Shown here: piece after piece, positions 27,575-38,925 of the stretch | How positions within the stretch are numbered: the first letter of the stretch is position 1 | Layout: each line of letters starts with the position of its first letter | Virus record (IMG/VR): IMGVR_UViG_3300027754_000075 | Coordinates: 1 to 64,000 of that record | Strand: one strand, 5' to 3' | From: a virus | Length of the DNA: 64,000 nucleotides | The notes under the pieces: generated by a model | Seen by the model: only the letters and a program-made list of their open reading frames with translations | Told to the model about the DNA's origin: nothing | Database searches by the model: none | Translations under genes and position numbers: made by a program

Positions 27575-30500
27575 ATGGGTCTCTCCAGATTAGATAATTT
27601 TCTTAAGTCAGTACGTGGTACAATTTTATACGTTGACCCTAGTAGTCTTGACTCAACTGATAGTATTGAAAATCAAGGAAATAGTTTAACACGTCCATTT
27701 AAAACAATTCAACGAGCACTGGTTGAATCCGCAAGATTTTCATATCAAATTGGTCTGGATAATGATAGATTTGATAAGACCACGATTCTTGTTTATCCCG
27801 GAGATCATATTATTGATAATCGTCCTGGTTGGATTCCGGATGGTGCAAATAATTATAGACTTCGTGATGGACAAACCTCTAATGATTTCCCACCCTTTGA
27901 TTTAACAACGACTTTTGATTTATCTTCTCCCGATAATCAACTTTATAAACTGAACAGTATTCACGGTGGTGTGATTATTCCTCGTGGTACTTCACTTGTT
28001 GGACTGGATTTAAGAAAAACAAAAATCCGTCCCAAATATGTACCAAACCCAACAAATGATAATATTGAAAGGTCTTGTATCTTTCGTGTTACTGGTACTT
28101 GTTATTTCTGGCAGTTCTCACTGTTTGATGCAGATCCAAATGGACAGTGTTACACAGATTATACAGACAACTTATTTGTTCCCAATTTTTCACATCATAA
28201 ACTTTCGTGTTTTGAGTATGCAGATGGTGTAAATGATGTAAGTATTAGTGATGCTTTTCAGACATATTCTACGGATCGCACAGATCTGGAAATGTATTAT
28301 GAGAAGGTTGGTCTTGCATATGGACAGGCATCAGGTCGTCAGATTCAACCAGATTATCCTTCTTCTGGTCTTGATATTCAACCAAAAATTGGTGAGTATC
28401 GTATTGTAGGCCCAACAGGAGGTAATATTGGAATTACAAGTATTCGTGCCGGAAATGGTATCACTCCGACCACAACCATTACTGCAACATTAGACTCCCT
28501 AACCGGATTGGATGTTGATACTGCATTTAGAATCAATAGTGTATCAGATAACGATTATAATGGAGAGTTTGTTGTTACAAGTGTTCCTGCAACAAATCAG
28601 ATTACTTATCAGGTTCAAAATGCGCCAGTAAATGCTCTTCCTTCGGTCACAGGAGCATCTTTATTTCTCAAAACTGATACTGTTGCTTCTGCATCTCCAT
28701 ATATTTTTAACGTTTCCTTGCGTTCTGTTTATGGAATGTGTGGAGTTCTGTCGGATGGTGATAAGGCAACAGGATTTAAGTCGATGGTTCTTGCACAATT
28801 TACAGGAATCAGTCTACAAAAAGATGATCGTGCATTCGTTCTTTATAATACAACTACCGGACAATATACAGACAGCACTACTCCTGGAAATGAGAATTTA
28901 AGTATCAATTCAAGAGCAGTTTATAAACCAGCATATGAGAGTTTTCATATTCGAACCATTAATGATGCATATATTCAGAACGTATCTATTTTTGCAATTG
29001 GATTTCATTCACACTTTAATGCAGAAAGTGGTGGAGATCAGTCAATTAATAACTCCAACTCCAACTTTGGATCAAAATCACTTCTTGCAACTGGATTCAA
29101 GAGAAATGCATTTCCAAGAGATGATGTGGGGTATATTACTCACGTAATTCCACCAAGAGAAATTGAAACTCTCGAAGGAACGATTGAATTTATTGGAATC
29201 GATGTTGCAAAAACTGTTGGAGTTGCAAGCACAAGTCGTCTATATCTTTATAATGAAACAAATGCCTCAACTCCACCACAAAATGTTCTTCAGGGATACC
29301 GAGTCGGTGCAAAAACAGATGACACTCTGAATGTATTGATTTCGAGTTCTGGATCGTCTCAAGAGTATTCGGCAAATATTGTAATGCCGGACACTCAAGG
29401 ATCTGCAAATGAGACCATCGCAATCAAATCCTTTCAGGTTGGTCAATCTGCTACAGGCGTGAGCAGTATTACCTCAAATGTTTTTACATTTACGCAACCT
29501 CATACTTTTATTGAAGGAGAATCGGTTCGTATAAAGAGTTTTACTGGGAATATACCCGATGGAATTATTTCAAATGTAATTTACTATGCAATTACTTCTG
29601 GAACTGGAATAACTTCTACTACACAAATTAAACTTGCAAAAACACCAAACGACGCAATTAATGATACACCAATTTCAGTAAATAATAAGGGTGGAATTCT
29701 TACAATCGAAAGTCGAGTTGTTGATAAAACTCCTGGTAGTTTTGGACATCCGATTCAGTATGATACTTCTCAAAATAACTGGTATATAAATGTTTCTGCT
29801 GCATCTACACAAAACAGTATTTACTCCACGATTGTTTCATTAGGAACTACTGCTCTTGGAGCATCTACACCCAGATCATATCTCTATCGTAAAGTAGATC
29901 CAAGAAGTGTTCTGGATACAATTTATAGACTTCGTTATGTAATTCCTGCATCTGCGGGTGTTACATCTGCAAGACCACCACTGGACGGATTTATTATTCA
30001 AGAATCTTCCACTACAATTGGTTCATCAAACGCAGAAGTTGCGATACCATTTAGTCCAACAACAGTATCAATCTCAAACGAAAATCAATTAAGAAACTTC
30101 CGCATTATTTCAAATGCAAGTTGGGATGGGACATATGCATATTTTAATACAGAGCTTCCTCACGAACTGTCTATTGGAAGTCAGGTAAGTGTTCTAAATG
30201 TTGTAAGTTCTACAAATACTGCGGGAACAGTCAACTCTGGATTTAATTTTAATTATAATGTTGTAGGAATCTCAAGTCTCAAACAGTTTATAGTAGGTCT
30301 AACCACAAATCCTGGAATTTTTACAAATAATGTTTCGAGTCGAACAACATCACTTCCAAGATTTGTTCGCAAACAATACAAAGAAACTCTAATTGTTTAT
30401 AGAGCTCAACAAATAGAACCTTATATTCCCGGAGAGCAGGATGGTGTATATCACTTATTAGTTGTAAATGCATCTAATAGTCCATCTATTGCACCTTTTA

Positions 30501-33439
30501 CAGGATTGCGATTCTCTCAACCTATTCAAAATTTATACCCACAACTGAATCGTGATAATCCAGTTTCAGATCCAAAGGCAGCAACATCATTTGCTCTCTC
30601 AAGTCCAATCGGTCAGGTTGTTGTTGATGACCCACAAAGTAGCATTACAAAAGAGAGTTTAAGTAAGGGTCTGGTTGATTTTGGTGTAGGAATTGGTCTT
30701 ACTGATATTGTATCTTCTAGCACTGGAATTGCACATACTTTTCATACTACAATCGATCACGGATTTAATCCCATCACATCTGTTGGTATTACAAGCACTG
30801 GTATTGCTTATGGTGGTGGATCTGGTGGAGTTGAAAATCTTTATAATGCAAGATTGGTCGGATTTGCAGGATCAACAACGGGAGCAAATGCAACTGCAAG
30901 AATCACTGTAAATGCATCTGGATCAATTACTGCAGTCAAGATTATTGATGGTGGTTCTGCATATGGAATCGGAAATACTCTTGCGGTGGTTGGAGTCGCA
31001 ACAACATCTGGATTCGTTCGGGGATATGTAACTGTAACCGGAGTTCATAATCATATTGGAGAATGTCTCACGGTTGCCGGAGTTGTTCCTGCTGCTCTGG
31101 ATGGTTATAATGGTGTTTATAAAATCACTGGTATTGCAACCGGAAATATAAAACAACTTCAGGTCGAATCTGCATCAGCAGTTGGAAATGCATCTACGAC
31201 TGGAATTGGAGTTACTGTAACTGCATATTCCCGAGCAATTAATGCAGGGAAATCAATTGATATTACTACACTTACTTATAATAATGTAACTGGAATCTCA
31301 ACGATTACCACGATTCAGAATCACGGATTATCAGTCGGAAATAAAATTACCATCGGTGGAGCAAACTCTTCTCTCTTTAATTCAGATTTTCTGGTTAAAA
31401 AAGTCAATAGTCTGGTTCAATTCGAAACCTTTGTTGGAATCGGAACTACATCTCCGGCCACCACAGGAACAAAAACAATCTATATCAAGGCATTTGGATC
31501 ACAAGGAGGAACAGTTACTCCGGAAGATGAGAATATTGCCGGAAGATTAGAACCACAATATGCAGGGATTACAACAACTCTTTCTTCTGCAATCAACACT
31601 GCAACGGTTGATAACTTTAATATACAAAATATCACTAGTTTAGATTTGAATATTGGAGATTATTTACTGATTGATTCTGAAATAATGAGAATCAAAACAA
31701 CAGTCACAGGAAACCCTGTTTTTGTTTTTAGAGGAGTTTATGGAACGAATGCATCTACTCACGATAATGGTTCTGTTGTTCGTAGAATCAAACTTCGTCC
31801 GATTGAATTAAGAAGACACTCTATTATTCGTGCATCGGGACATACCTTTGAGTATGTTGGATTTGGTCCAGGAAATTATTCTACAGCATTCCCAGATCGT
31901 CAAGACAGAGTTCTATCAGATCAAGAAGAACTGCTCTCACAATCCACCAAAGTGAATGGTGGTCTGGTTGTATTTACAGGAATGAATGATCGTGGTGCAT
32001 TCTATGTGGGAAATAAGAAAGTAAACTCTGCAACAGGACAAGAACAGGTCTTTGATTCTCCAATTCCGACTGTGACCGGAGAAGATATTTTATCTGCAGT
32101 GAGTGTCGGATTTGATGCTCTCACTCCTCTTGAAATTTCTGTTTCTCGTTCTATTCGTGTTGAGGGTGGAACAGACGGAACACTCATCTCTGAATTTGAT
32201 GGTCCAGTAATCTTCAATCAAAAGATTACCTCAAATGCACCTGATGGAATTGAGGCAAATAGTATTTTCCTTCAGGGAGATGCAACAGTATCACGTAAGT
32301 ATACTGTTGGAGTCACACAACCAACAGTTTCAGGAAACCCTGGAGATATTGCTTATTATTCAGATCCAAATCGGGGTGGATATGTTGGTTGGGTTTATAC
32401 TTTAGAAAATGATTGGTATCGTTTTGGAAATATAAGCATTTCTGAAACCGAAAATCATATGATTTTTGATCGTGTCGGAATTGCAACTACTAGTGCAGGA
32501 ACTTCTAGACTTGTAATCGGTGCAGGTTCTTCACTCTTCTCTGTGAATGCAACTGGTGGTGTTGGAATTGGAACAACTGCAAATCAATATAAACTGAATG
32601 TAAATGGAAATACAAATATTGGTGGGACAATTACTGCATCTTATTTCTCTGGTGATGGTAGTTCTCTTATAAATCTAAATGCTGCTGCACTTGGATGGAC
32701 TCAAATATCTGGAGGCATCTATAATACTGCACTTAATAATGTTGGTATCGGTACTTCTGTTCCAAGGTTTAATTTAGAACTAGGTGCAGTCGGTTCTTCA
32801 TCAACATCACTTCACGTAAATGGTACTTCTACATTTATTGGATTAGTTACTACAGGTAATGTAGTTGTTGGTGGAATGTTAACCTCTACGTCATTCCGAT
32901 TGGATGGTTCATCAAGTAATATTCGTGCAGGTATTATTACTACAACAACATTAAATGTTGGTATTGGTGGAACCATACTAACAACAAGTGGTTCAAATGT
33001 TGGAATTGGAACCACAGTACCAAGAGCAAAACTTGATATTGAGGGTCACACAAGATTTAAGACCTATAGTGAAAATGTAGAATACTTATCGGTTGTTGCA
33101 AATCAGGTAACCATAGACCTTTCCAAGGCACAGTCATTTATTTGTACTGCAACAAGTAATATTAATCAGTTTAATCTACTCAACCCACCTTCTGCATCCA
33201 CTGAATTTGCGATTAAAATAGATCAGGATTCTACAGGAAGTCGCACTGTTGGTATTGATACCTTTAAGGATTCTGTTGGAACTGCAATTCCTGTTTATTG
33301 GCCTGGTGGTGGTGTTCTTCCGATTGTAACTCCAACAGCAAGTCGTTCTGATATTTACATCTTTAAAACTTTTGATGGTAGTAATATTACCAGTGTAGGA
33401 CTTTATGGAGTGGTTGTCGGTCAAAACTTTGCTAACTAA
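27575..33439 (+). CDS. very large tail fibre / tailspike-like virion protein
   Basis: N-terminal LYVDP...G.SLTRPFKTIQRA pectin-lyase-associated motif, beta-helix region, VGIGT repeats, C-terminal IDLSKAQSF...YWPGG...SDIYIFKTFDG domain. Confidence 0.8.
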   Translation: MGLSRLDNFLKSVRGTILYVDPSSLDSTDSIENQGNSLTRPFKTIQRALVESARFSYQIGLDNDRFDKTTILVYPGDHIIDNRPGWIPDGANNYRLRDGQTSNDFPPFDLTTTFDLSSPDNQLYKLNSIHGGVIIPRGTSLVGLDLRKTKIRPKYVPNPTNDNIERSCIFRVTGTCYFWQFSLFDADPNGQCYTDYTDNLFVPNFSHHKLSCFEYADGVNDVSISDAFQTYSTDRTDLEMYYEKVGLAYGQASGRQIQPDYPSSGLDIQPKIGEYRIVGPTGGNIGITSIRAGNGITPTTTITATLDSLTGLDVDTAFRINSVSDNDYNGEFVVTSVPATNQITYQVQNAPVNALPSVTGASLFLKTDTVASASPYIFNVSLRSVYGMCGVLSDGDKATGFKSMVLAQFTGISLQKDDRAFVLYNTTTGQYTDSTTPGNENLSINSRAVYKPAYESFHIRTINDAYIQNVSIFAIGFHSHFNAESGGDQSINNSNSNFGSKSLLATGFKRNAFPRDDVGYITHVIPPREIETLEGTIEFIGIDVAKTVGVASTSRLYLYNETNASTPPQNVLQGYRVGAKTDDTLNVLISSSGSSQEYSANIVMPDTQGSANETIAIKSFQVGQSATGVSSITSNVFTFTQPHTFIEGESVRIKSFTGNIPDGIISNVIYYAITSGTGITSTTQIKLAKTPNDAINDTPISVNNKGGILTIESRVVDKTPGSFGHPIQYDTSQNNWYINVSAASTQNSIYSTIVSLGTTALGASTPRSYLYRKVDPRSVLDTIYRLRYVIPASAGVTSARPPLDGFIIQESSTTIGSSNAEVAIPFSPTTVSISNENQLRNFRIISNASWDGTYAYFNTELPHELSIGSQVSVLNVVSSTNTAGTVNSGFNFNYNVVGISSLKQFIVGLTTNPGIFTNNVSSRTTSLPRFVRKQYKETLIVYRAQQIEPYIPGEQDGVYHLLVVNASNSPSIAPFTGLRFSQPIQNLYPQLNRDNPVSDPKAATSFALSSPIGQVVVDDPQSSITKESLSKGLVDFGVGIGLTDIVSSSTGIAHTFHTTIDHGFNPITSVGITSTGIAYGGGSGGVENLYNARLVGFAGSTTGANATARITVNASGSITAVKIIDGGSAYGIGNTLAVVGVATTSGFVRGYVTVTGVHNHIGECLTVAGVVPAALDGYNGVYKITGIATGNIKQLQVESASAVGNASTTGIGVTVTAYSRAINAGKSIDITTLTYNNVTGISTITTIQNHGLSVGNKITIGGANSSLFNSDFLVKKVNSLVQFETFVGIGTTSPATTGTKTIYIKAFGSQGGTVTPEDENIAGRLEPQYAGITTTLSSAINTATVDNFNIQNITSLDLNIGDYLLIDSEIMRIKTTVTGNPVFVFRGVYGTNASTHDNGSVVRRIKLRPIELRRHSIIRASGHTFEYVGFGPGNYSTAFPDRQDRVLSDQEELLSQSTKVNGGLVVFTGMNDRGAFYVGNKKVNSATGQEQVFDSPIPTVTGEDILSAVSVGFDALTPLEISVSRSIRVEGGTDGTLISEFDGPVIFNQKITSNAPDGIEANSIFLQGDATVSRKYTVGVTQPTVSGNPGDIAYYSDPNRGGYVGWVYTLENDWYRFGNISISETENHMIFDRVGIATTSAGTSRLVIGAGSSLFSVNATGGVGIGTTANQYKLNVNGNTNIGGTITASYFSGDGSSLINLNAAALGWTQISGGIYNTALNNVGIGTSVPRFNLELGAVGSSSTSLHVNGTSTFIGLVTTGNVVVGGMLTSTSFRLDGSSSNIRAGIITTTTLNVGIGGTILTTSGSNVGIGTTVPRAKLDIEGHTRFKTYSENVEYLSVVANQVTIDLSKAQSFICTATSNINQFNLLNPPSASTEFAIKIDQDSTGSRTVGIDTFKDSVGTAIPVYWPGGGVLPIVTPTASRSDIYIFKTFDGSNITSVGLYGVVVGQNFAN

Positions 33440-33450
33440 AACAAAGTAAA

Positions 33451-35121
33451 ATGAAACAAACAACTTTAGATCTAAATGGACCTATTTTAGGATTTTCTAC
33501 AAATCCTCAAGATGTTACGGTCAATAATGCAGGTATAGCAACATTTATTGGAATTGCAACTGCGTATTTTATAAGTCAAAATCCAACAAATATATTTTCA
33601 TCAAACACTGGAATTGTGACTCATCGTTGGTATGCTGCTGGAATTGGTGCTCTGTCTGATGGAGCCAATACAACTCTAGGGGCAACTCTCTCTGGTACTG
33701 CAACAACAACATTAACTGTGAGTAGTGCAACAAGTCCGACAACAAGTGGCATACAACTTTTTGTAAGTGCAGATTATGTACCATCTGCATATCAATCATC
33801 ATCTCCAATTACTGCAGGGACTGCTCGTTCTACAGGAAATGCAATCAATGAAATATTGTTCTCAAATACTGCAACACTAACAGTAAACCCCTTTGTATCA
33901 ATTTCAGCACAACCATCAAGTTCTACAGTTGCTCAAGGACAAACAACAACATTTTCGGTAACAGCAGCATCAAGTAATAATACTGATATTGCATATCAGT
34001 GGTATATTGGTGGTTCTCCAGTATCAGACGGAACCTCTGGTGGAAGTACAATTAGTGGAGCAAATACAAACATTCTTACTGTTACTACTAGTTCCGGAAC
34101 TCCTGCAGGAAATTCTAATGTTTTCGTTTCTGTTTCTCATCCAACTGCAGCAAATTCTCCTGTGGTTTCAAATACCGTGACTTTATCTGTTGTTGCCGCA
34201 AGACAAATTATTAATGTAGAAACTTTTAATCAAGGTAGTGGAGATGCATCTTTATCAAGTTACAATATCTTTAATGGAGAATTGACTATTGAACCATCAC
34301 CTGGAGCACCACAAGGAACCGCATTTTGTTTTTATGCCCCAGAAAGAGACGTTGAGGTGTTTATAGATTTATATGCTTCTACTGGTTCTAATAATGGTGG
34401 TTACGTTGCTGGACAAGGAGGAGTATCAACAATTAAAATGACATTACAACAAAATGTTGAATATGTGATTTCCCCTTTACCTCAAGTATCTGGTGGTGCT
34501 GGTGTTTTTCTCTGGAGAAAAGCATCTCTCATTGCCTGCTGTGGTGGTGGAGGAAATGCTGGTAATGGTGGAAATGGTGGTGATGGTGGTGGAGTAAATG
34601 TTTCTGGACAAAATGGATCTGGTAGAGGTGCTGGTGCCGGAGCAATTAGAATTTCAGCAGGAAGTCTACCTACAACTAGTGGTATTTTTGGATCTCTTGT
34701 AGGTGGGACCATTCCCCTTGCTTCTGGAGATAGCAATGCAAGTGGTACTTCTGGAGGAAGAGCTCTTGGGTGTACAAAGGGTGGTACTTCAGGATCCAAT
34801 AGTTATTGGATGAATAGTGGATATTCTCCATGTCAAGATGTGGGAAGAACTAAATTAATCAATGCAAATGGTCAAGTAGTCCCTTCTAGCACTGACACAA
34901 TTCAAAGGGGACATAAAGTTGGTTATGCTATTCGTCAAACTGCTGGAAGAGGATTAAATGGTGGTGGTAATGGAGCAAATGGTGCTACTGGTGGTGATGG
35001 TGGTGATGGTGGGGGGGGAGGAGGTGGTGGAAGTGGTTATACCGATGGTTCGATCACAGTGGTTGCCACACGTCAAGGTGGCCATTCAGGGCAACCAAGG
35101 GTTGTAATTAGAAAAGTATAA
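33451..35121 (+). CDS. Ig-like domain plus glycine-rich (polyglycine) adhesin-like protein
   Basis: ISAQPSS.TVAQGQTTTFSVTA...YQWY Ig-like domain; C-terminal GGGG-rich segments. Confidence 0.65.
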   Translation: MKQTTLDLNGPILGFSTNPQDVTVNNAGIATFIGIATAYFISQNPTNIFSSNTGIVTHRWYAAGIGALSDGANTTLGATLSGTATTTLTVSSATSPTTSGIQLFVSADYVPSAYQSSSPITAGTARSTGNAINEILFSNTATLTVNPFVSISAQPSSSTVAQGQTTTFSVTAASSNNTDIAYQWYIGGSPVSDGTSGGSTISGANTNILTVTTSSGTPAGNSNVFVSVSHPTAANSPVVSNTVTLSVVAARQIINVETFNQGSGDASLSSYNIFNGELTIEPSPGAPQGTAFCFYAPERDVEVFIDLYASTGSNNGGYVAGQGGVSTIKMTLQQNVEYVISPLPQVSGGAGVFLWRKASLIACCGGGGNAGNGGNGGDGGGVNVSGQNGSGRGAGAGAIRISAGSLPTTSGIFGSLVGGTIPLASGDSNASGTSGGRALGCTKGGTSGSNSYWMNSGYSPCQDVGRTKLINANGQVVPSSTDTIQRGHKVGYAIRQTAGRGLNGGGNGANGATGGDGGDGGGGGGGGSGYTDGSITVVATRQGGHSGQPRVVIRKV

Positions 35122-35124
35122 ATA
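35117..35124 (+). promoter_or_regulatory. T4 late promoter TATAAATA
   Basis: Perfect consensus upstream of ATG 35156. Confidence 0.7.
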
Positions 35125-35155
35125 ATAATAACTAACAGGTTGGCGTTCTCCACCT

Positions 35156-37045
35156 ATGGCTGCAGTAAATAAGAATTTCGTCATAAAAAATGGGTTAGAA
35201 GTAGATACTAACCTGATTGTTGCAGATTCTCAAACTAATAAAGTAGGTATTGGTACCACAGTTCCACAATACATTCTACACGTTAATGGTGGTATTGGTG
35301 TAACTAATGCTTATGTAAGTGGTATTGCAACGATTACAACTGGGATTGTTACCAATCTTACCAGTACAAATCTTAATGTAACTGGTGTTGGTACAATTGT
35401 AACCGGTAATATTACCAATCTAACAAATACCAATCTCAATGTAACTGGTATTGCAACGATTGCAACACTGAATGCAACTGGAATCGGTGTTACTAACTTT
35501 ACAGTTTATAATAATCTTTCTATTGGTGGAATCTCTACATTCACCAATGGGCCAGTACTGATTGGTTCTGGTACTTCTACAGGAACAGCATCACAGAGAC
35601 TTCAGGTAACTGGTGGGACTTATGTTTCTGGTAATCTTGGTATTGGGTCCACAAATCCAACATCTGCTCTCTTTGTTGTTGGTGATGCAAGAGTCACTGG
35701 TGTTATTACCGCAACTACATTTAGTGGAAATGTAAATGCTGGTGTGGGAACCATTACCACATTGGGTTCTACAAGTGGAACCATAACAAACCTGACTGGC
35801 ACTGCAGGAACGATTACTACCCTGAATAGTACATCAGGAACCATAACAAACCTGACTGGTACTGCAGGAACCATTACGACTTTTAATAGTACTTCTGGAA
35901 CCATAACAAACCTGACTGGTACTGCAGGAACCATTACGACTTTTAATAGTACTAATTTAAGGAGCACCAATCTCAATGTTACTGGTATCAGTACATTAGG
36001 AACAGTAAAAATATCATCAGGTATTATTACTGCAACATCAGGAGTTGTGACTTACTTTGGTGATGGTAACTTTCTAAACCTAACCTCTAATCCAAGTAGA
36101 GGTATTGGTATTGGTACTATTGGTGGTGTTGTTGGGTATGCAGTCACCTTTATTAACTTTAAAGGTGCAGGAGTTTCTACAACACAATATAACTCAAACA
36201 CTGGTATTGCAACCATCTTCTTTGAGGGTGGAGGAGGTGGAGGTGGTTCAATCAGTATTAGTACCACAGCACCAATATCTCCTGGTTCTGGTGACTTATG
36301 GTACAGTCCAGATTATGGAAGAACTTTTATCTATTATGATGAGAGTGTTGTTGGATATGGTACTGATGCATTCTGGGTAGATGCTGCACCCTTTAATGTT
36401 GGTGTGATTACATCTACAGCATTTGCTCCTGCTTCGGCATCTGCTCCAAGTATTCATTTTGCTGGTGATGTTCAGACTGGATTTTTCTCTCCGAGTTCTG
36501 GAAATATTACTGCGGTTTCGGTTGGTTCATCAATACTGAATGTAAATCCTTCTGGTATTATTGTAACCGGTGTGGTGACTGCAACCTCTTTTGTTGGTAA
36601 TGGTAGTGGACTGACTGGTGCTGGTTCTACAGTATTCATTGATACTACAACAAATCAAGAGTTCTTCCCCCTCTTTACTGCAACTACATCAGGAACTATT
36701 ACTGCATCAGGTATTTCTACCTCTAAACTGAAATATAATCCTTCTACAGGAACTATGACTGCAGTTGATTTTAATTCCACTAGTGATATAAATCTCAAAG
36801 AGAATATTCATACAATAGGAAATGCATTAGAAATCACAGAACAACTTCGTGGTGTTTCATTTGACTGGAAAGAAACTGGTAGAAGTTCTTATGGTGTGAT
36901 TGCACAAGAACTGGAAGAAGTACTCCCAGAACTCGTAAAACAAGGTGAAGTTAAATCAGTCAACTATAATGGTATTATTGGAGTATTGATAGAAGCAATC
37001 AAAGAACTCAAGAAAGAAGTAAAAGAGCTTAAAATTGATAAATAA
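35156..37045 (+). CDS. tail fibre with C-terminal peptidase S74 intramolecular chaperone
   Basis: VGIGT repeats; SDINLKENI...GVSFDWK...GVIAQELE..LPELV..VNYNGIIGVLIEAIKEL. Confidence 0.85.
   Translation: MAAVNKNFVIKNGLEVDTNLIVADSQTNKVGIGTTVPQYILHVNGGIGVTNAYVSGIATITTGIVTNLTSTNLNVTGVGTIVTGNITNLTNTNLNVTGIATIATLNATGIGVTNFTVYNNLSIGGISTFTNGPVLIGSGTSTGTASQRLQVTGGTYVSGNLGIGSTNPTSALFVVGDARVTGVITATTFSGNVNAGVGTITTLGSTSGTITNLTGTAGTITTLNSTSGTITNLTGTAGTITTFNSTSGTITNLTGTAGTITTFNSTNLRSTNLNVTGISTLGTVKISSGIITATSGVVTYFGDGNFLNLTSNPSRGIGIGTIGGVVGYAVTFINFKGAGVSTTQYNSNTGIATIFFEGGGGGGGSISISTTAPISPGSGDLWYSPDYGRTFIYYDESVVGYGTDAFWVDAAPFNVGVITSTAFAPASASAPSIHFAGDVQTGFFSPSSGNITAVSVGSSILNVNPSGIIVTGVVTATSFVGNGSGLTGAGSTVFIDTTTNQEFFPLFTATTSGTITASGISTSKLKYNPSTGTMTAVDFNSTSDINLKENIHTIGNALEITEQLRGVSFDWKETGRSSYGVIAQELEEVLPELVKQGEVKSVNYNGIIGVLIEAIKELKKEVKELKIDK
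35777..35950 (+). repeat. in-frame 60-bp tandem repeat, about 3 copies
   Basis: GGAACCATAACAAACCTGACTGG(C/T)ACTGCAGGAAC... encoding GTITNLTGTAGTITT(L/F)NSTS; a related copy at about 52830-52890. Confidence 0.85.
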
Positions 37046-37070
37046 AACAAAGAAAACCAAGCAATTAACG

Positions 37071-37133
37071 ATGATGTTAAGTACAACTACAAACTATGAA
37101 GTCTTTGGTATTGTAAGTGGAGGTTTCTTCTAA
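37071..37133 (+). pseudogene. internally deleted fibre gene remnant (20-aa mini-ORF)
   Basis: MMLSTTTNYEVFGIVSGGFF; last 17 residues and stop are identical in DNA to the end of gene 38131-38925. Confidence 0.75.
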
Positions 37134-37194
37134 TTATGGCACCTTTATTATCACGACTTGGTTTAGGAAGAAGTGGTTTTGGATTTGGTAAGAA
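37079..37194 (+). repeat. 116-bp direct repeat, copy 1
   Basis: Identical to 38871-38986 by manual comparison. Confidence 0.9.
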
Positions 37195-38086
37195 CTCTGG
37201 TAGTGTCCCTTTTTCTGCTACTGGTGGCACAAAAACAACTTCTGGTTTGTATACAATTCATACTTTTACAACACCAGGTTCAGAAACTTTTACCGCATCC
37301 GGAAGACAAACTAATGTTGAAATTATTGCGGTAGGTGGTGGTGGTGGTGGTGGAGGAGGAGATTGTGGTCCACCAGATTTCCCATCAGCTGATGGAATAT
37401 CAGGATCTTCTGGAGGAATATCAAAAGGAACTTTTACTTTCTCTCCTGGAAATTATACAGTATATGTTGGTGGTAGGGGAGATGCTGGGGGAGGACACAA
37501 CACCGGAACAAATAATAGTGGATCTGGGTTTAGAAATAACGGCGGAGGAGATCCTGGTGGTCAAGGTGGTGATGGGAGTTCTGGAAATGGCGGCGGCGGA
37601 GGTGGTTTTTCTGGAGTATCGCAACCTCCTGGTCCAGGGGCTATTTTTTATATTGTAGCTGGTGGCGGCGGTGGTGGTGGAGGTGGAGGTGCTCCTGGTG
37701 GATCTCCAGGAGGTGGTAGTTCGAGAGGTGGTTCTGGTTCCTATGTACCTGGTTCAACATCTGGACAAAATGGTCCAGGAAGAACTGGAGATAATGGTGG
37801 ATTTGGCGGTGGTGGAGGAGGATATACTGGACCGGGTGTTATAACCACAATTCCTGCTGGAGGTGGAACTAGAAATAATGGTGGATCAAATTTTACTAAC
37901 CCTATAGGAACAATCTTAAGTACACATGGAGGTGGAGGTGGAACATCGAGACCAGCAGATGCTCCTCCTGCAACTTATCCAACAATACCTAGTCCTGCTG
38001 GATCTGGTGGTGGTGGTGCCAGTTGTGGAGGAGGAAGTGCTGGTATGGGGCAAGATGGAGTTATTGTAATACGATATTTAACTTAA
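37136..38086 (+). CDS. glycine-rich adhesin-like protein with MAPLLSR leader
   Basis: ATGGTKTTSGLYTIHTFT...AVGGGGGGG...GQDGVIVIRY glycine-rich domain. Confidence 0.75.
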   Translation: MAPLLSRLGLGRSGFGFGKNSGSVPFSATGGTKTTSGLYTIHTFTTPGSETFTASGRQTNVEIIAVGGGGGGGGGDCGPPDFPSADGISGSSGGISKGTFTFSPGNYTVYVGGRGDAGGGHNTGTNNSGSGFRNNGGGDPGGQGGDGSSGNGGGGGGFSGVSQPPGPGAIFYIVAGGGGGGGGGGAPGGSPGGGSSRGGSGSYVPGSTSGQNGPGRTGDNGGFGGGGGGYTGPGVITTIPAGGGTRNNGGSNFTNPIGTILSTHGGGGGTSRPADAPPATYPTIPSPAGSGGGGASCGGGSAGMGQDGVIVIRYLT

Positions 38087-38130
38087 AAAAATGATAAATA
38101 ATATTATACTAAGCCGAGTAATCAACGACG

Positions 38131-38925
38131 ATGGCAATTAAAATTTCAGGAACTACTGTTATCGATGACAGTAGGAATATACAAAATATAGGCATAGCCA
38201 CCGCTACTACATTCGTTGGAGCACTTACTGGAAATGCGACTGGATTATCTGGCACTCCTAATATTACTGTTGGTAATATTGTAGGTGTAGCACTTACATT
38301 ATCTGGTAATCTTACGGTTAATGGTACTCAAACCATTATCAATACTACTAACTTAGAAATCACAGATCCATTAGTCGGTATTGGTTCTGGTAATACCACA
38401 GACGCTCAAGCAGATGGTGATGGTATCCAGATTTATGGTGCAACTAACAAGACATTAACATTTAATAATACCAAAAAAGCATTTGAGACTAATGTTGCTT
38501 GGGCACCAAACGAAACAAGGATTATTACAGGTGCAGAAAAAATCCATAGACAATCTGGCAATACCGTAACACTTACCTATAACTCTTCATCAAGTTCTAA
38601 TGTTGGATATACTACTAATCCAAGTGGTGATGTAACAGTAAATGTTGTAGGTATTCCAACATCAAGTGATTTTGACGATCATTCTATAAGTTTTACAGTT
38701 ATCACAAGATCCACAGGAACTGCAAGAACTTGTACGGCAGTAACACTAAATGGTGTAACTGAAAATATTCGTTGGGCTGGTGGTTCTTTGAGTGGAGCAC
38801 TTTCAGGTGTAACGACTGCAACAGGACACGCAATCTTTAGTTTTACTGGTATCAATACTGTTGGTTCTGCAAGTACAACTACAAACTATGAAGTCTTTGG
38901 TATTGTAAGTGGAGGTTTCTTCTAA
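38131..38925 (+). CDS. short tail fibre with conserved C-terminal domain
   Basis: MAIKISGTTVIDDSRNI start; LTVNGTQTIINTT; ends FTGINTVGSASTTTNYEVFG. Confidence 0.75.
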   Translation: MAIKISGTTVIDDSRNIQNIGIATATTFVGALTGNATGLSGTPNITVGNIVGVALTLSGNLTVNGTQTIINTTNLEITDPLVGIGSGNTTDAQADGDGIQIYGATNKTLTFNNTKKAFETNVAWAPNETRIITGAEKIHRQSGNTVTLTYNSSSSSNVGYTTNPSGDVTVNVVGIPTSSDFDDHSISFTVITRSTGTARTCTAVTLNGVTENIRWAGGSLSGALSGVTTATGHAIFSFTGINTVGSASTTTNYEVFGIVSGGFF

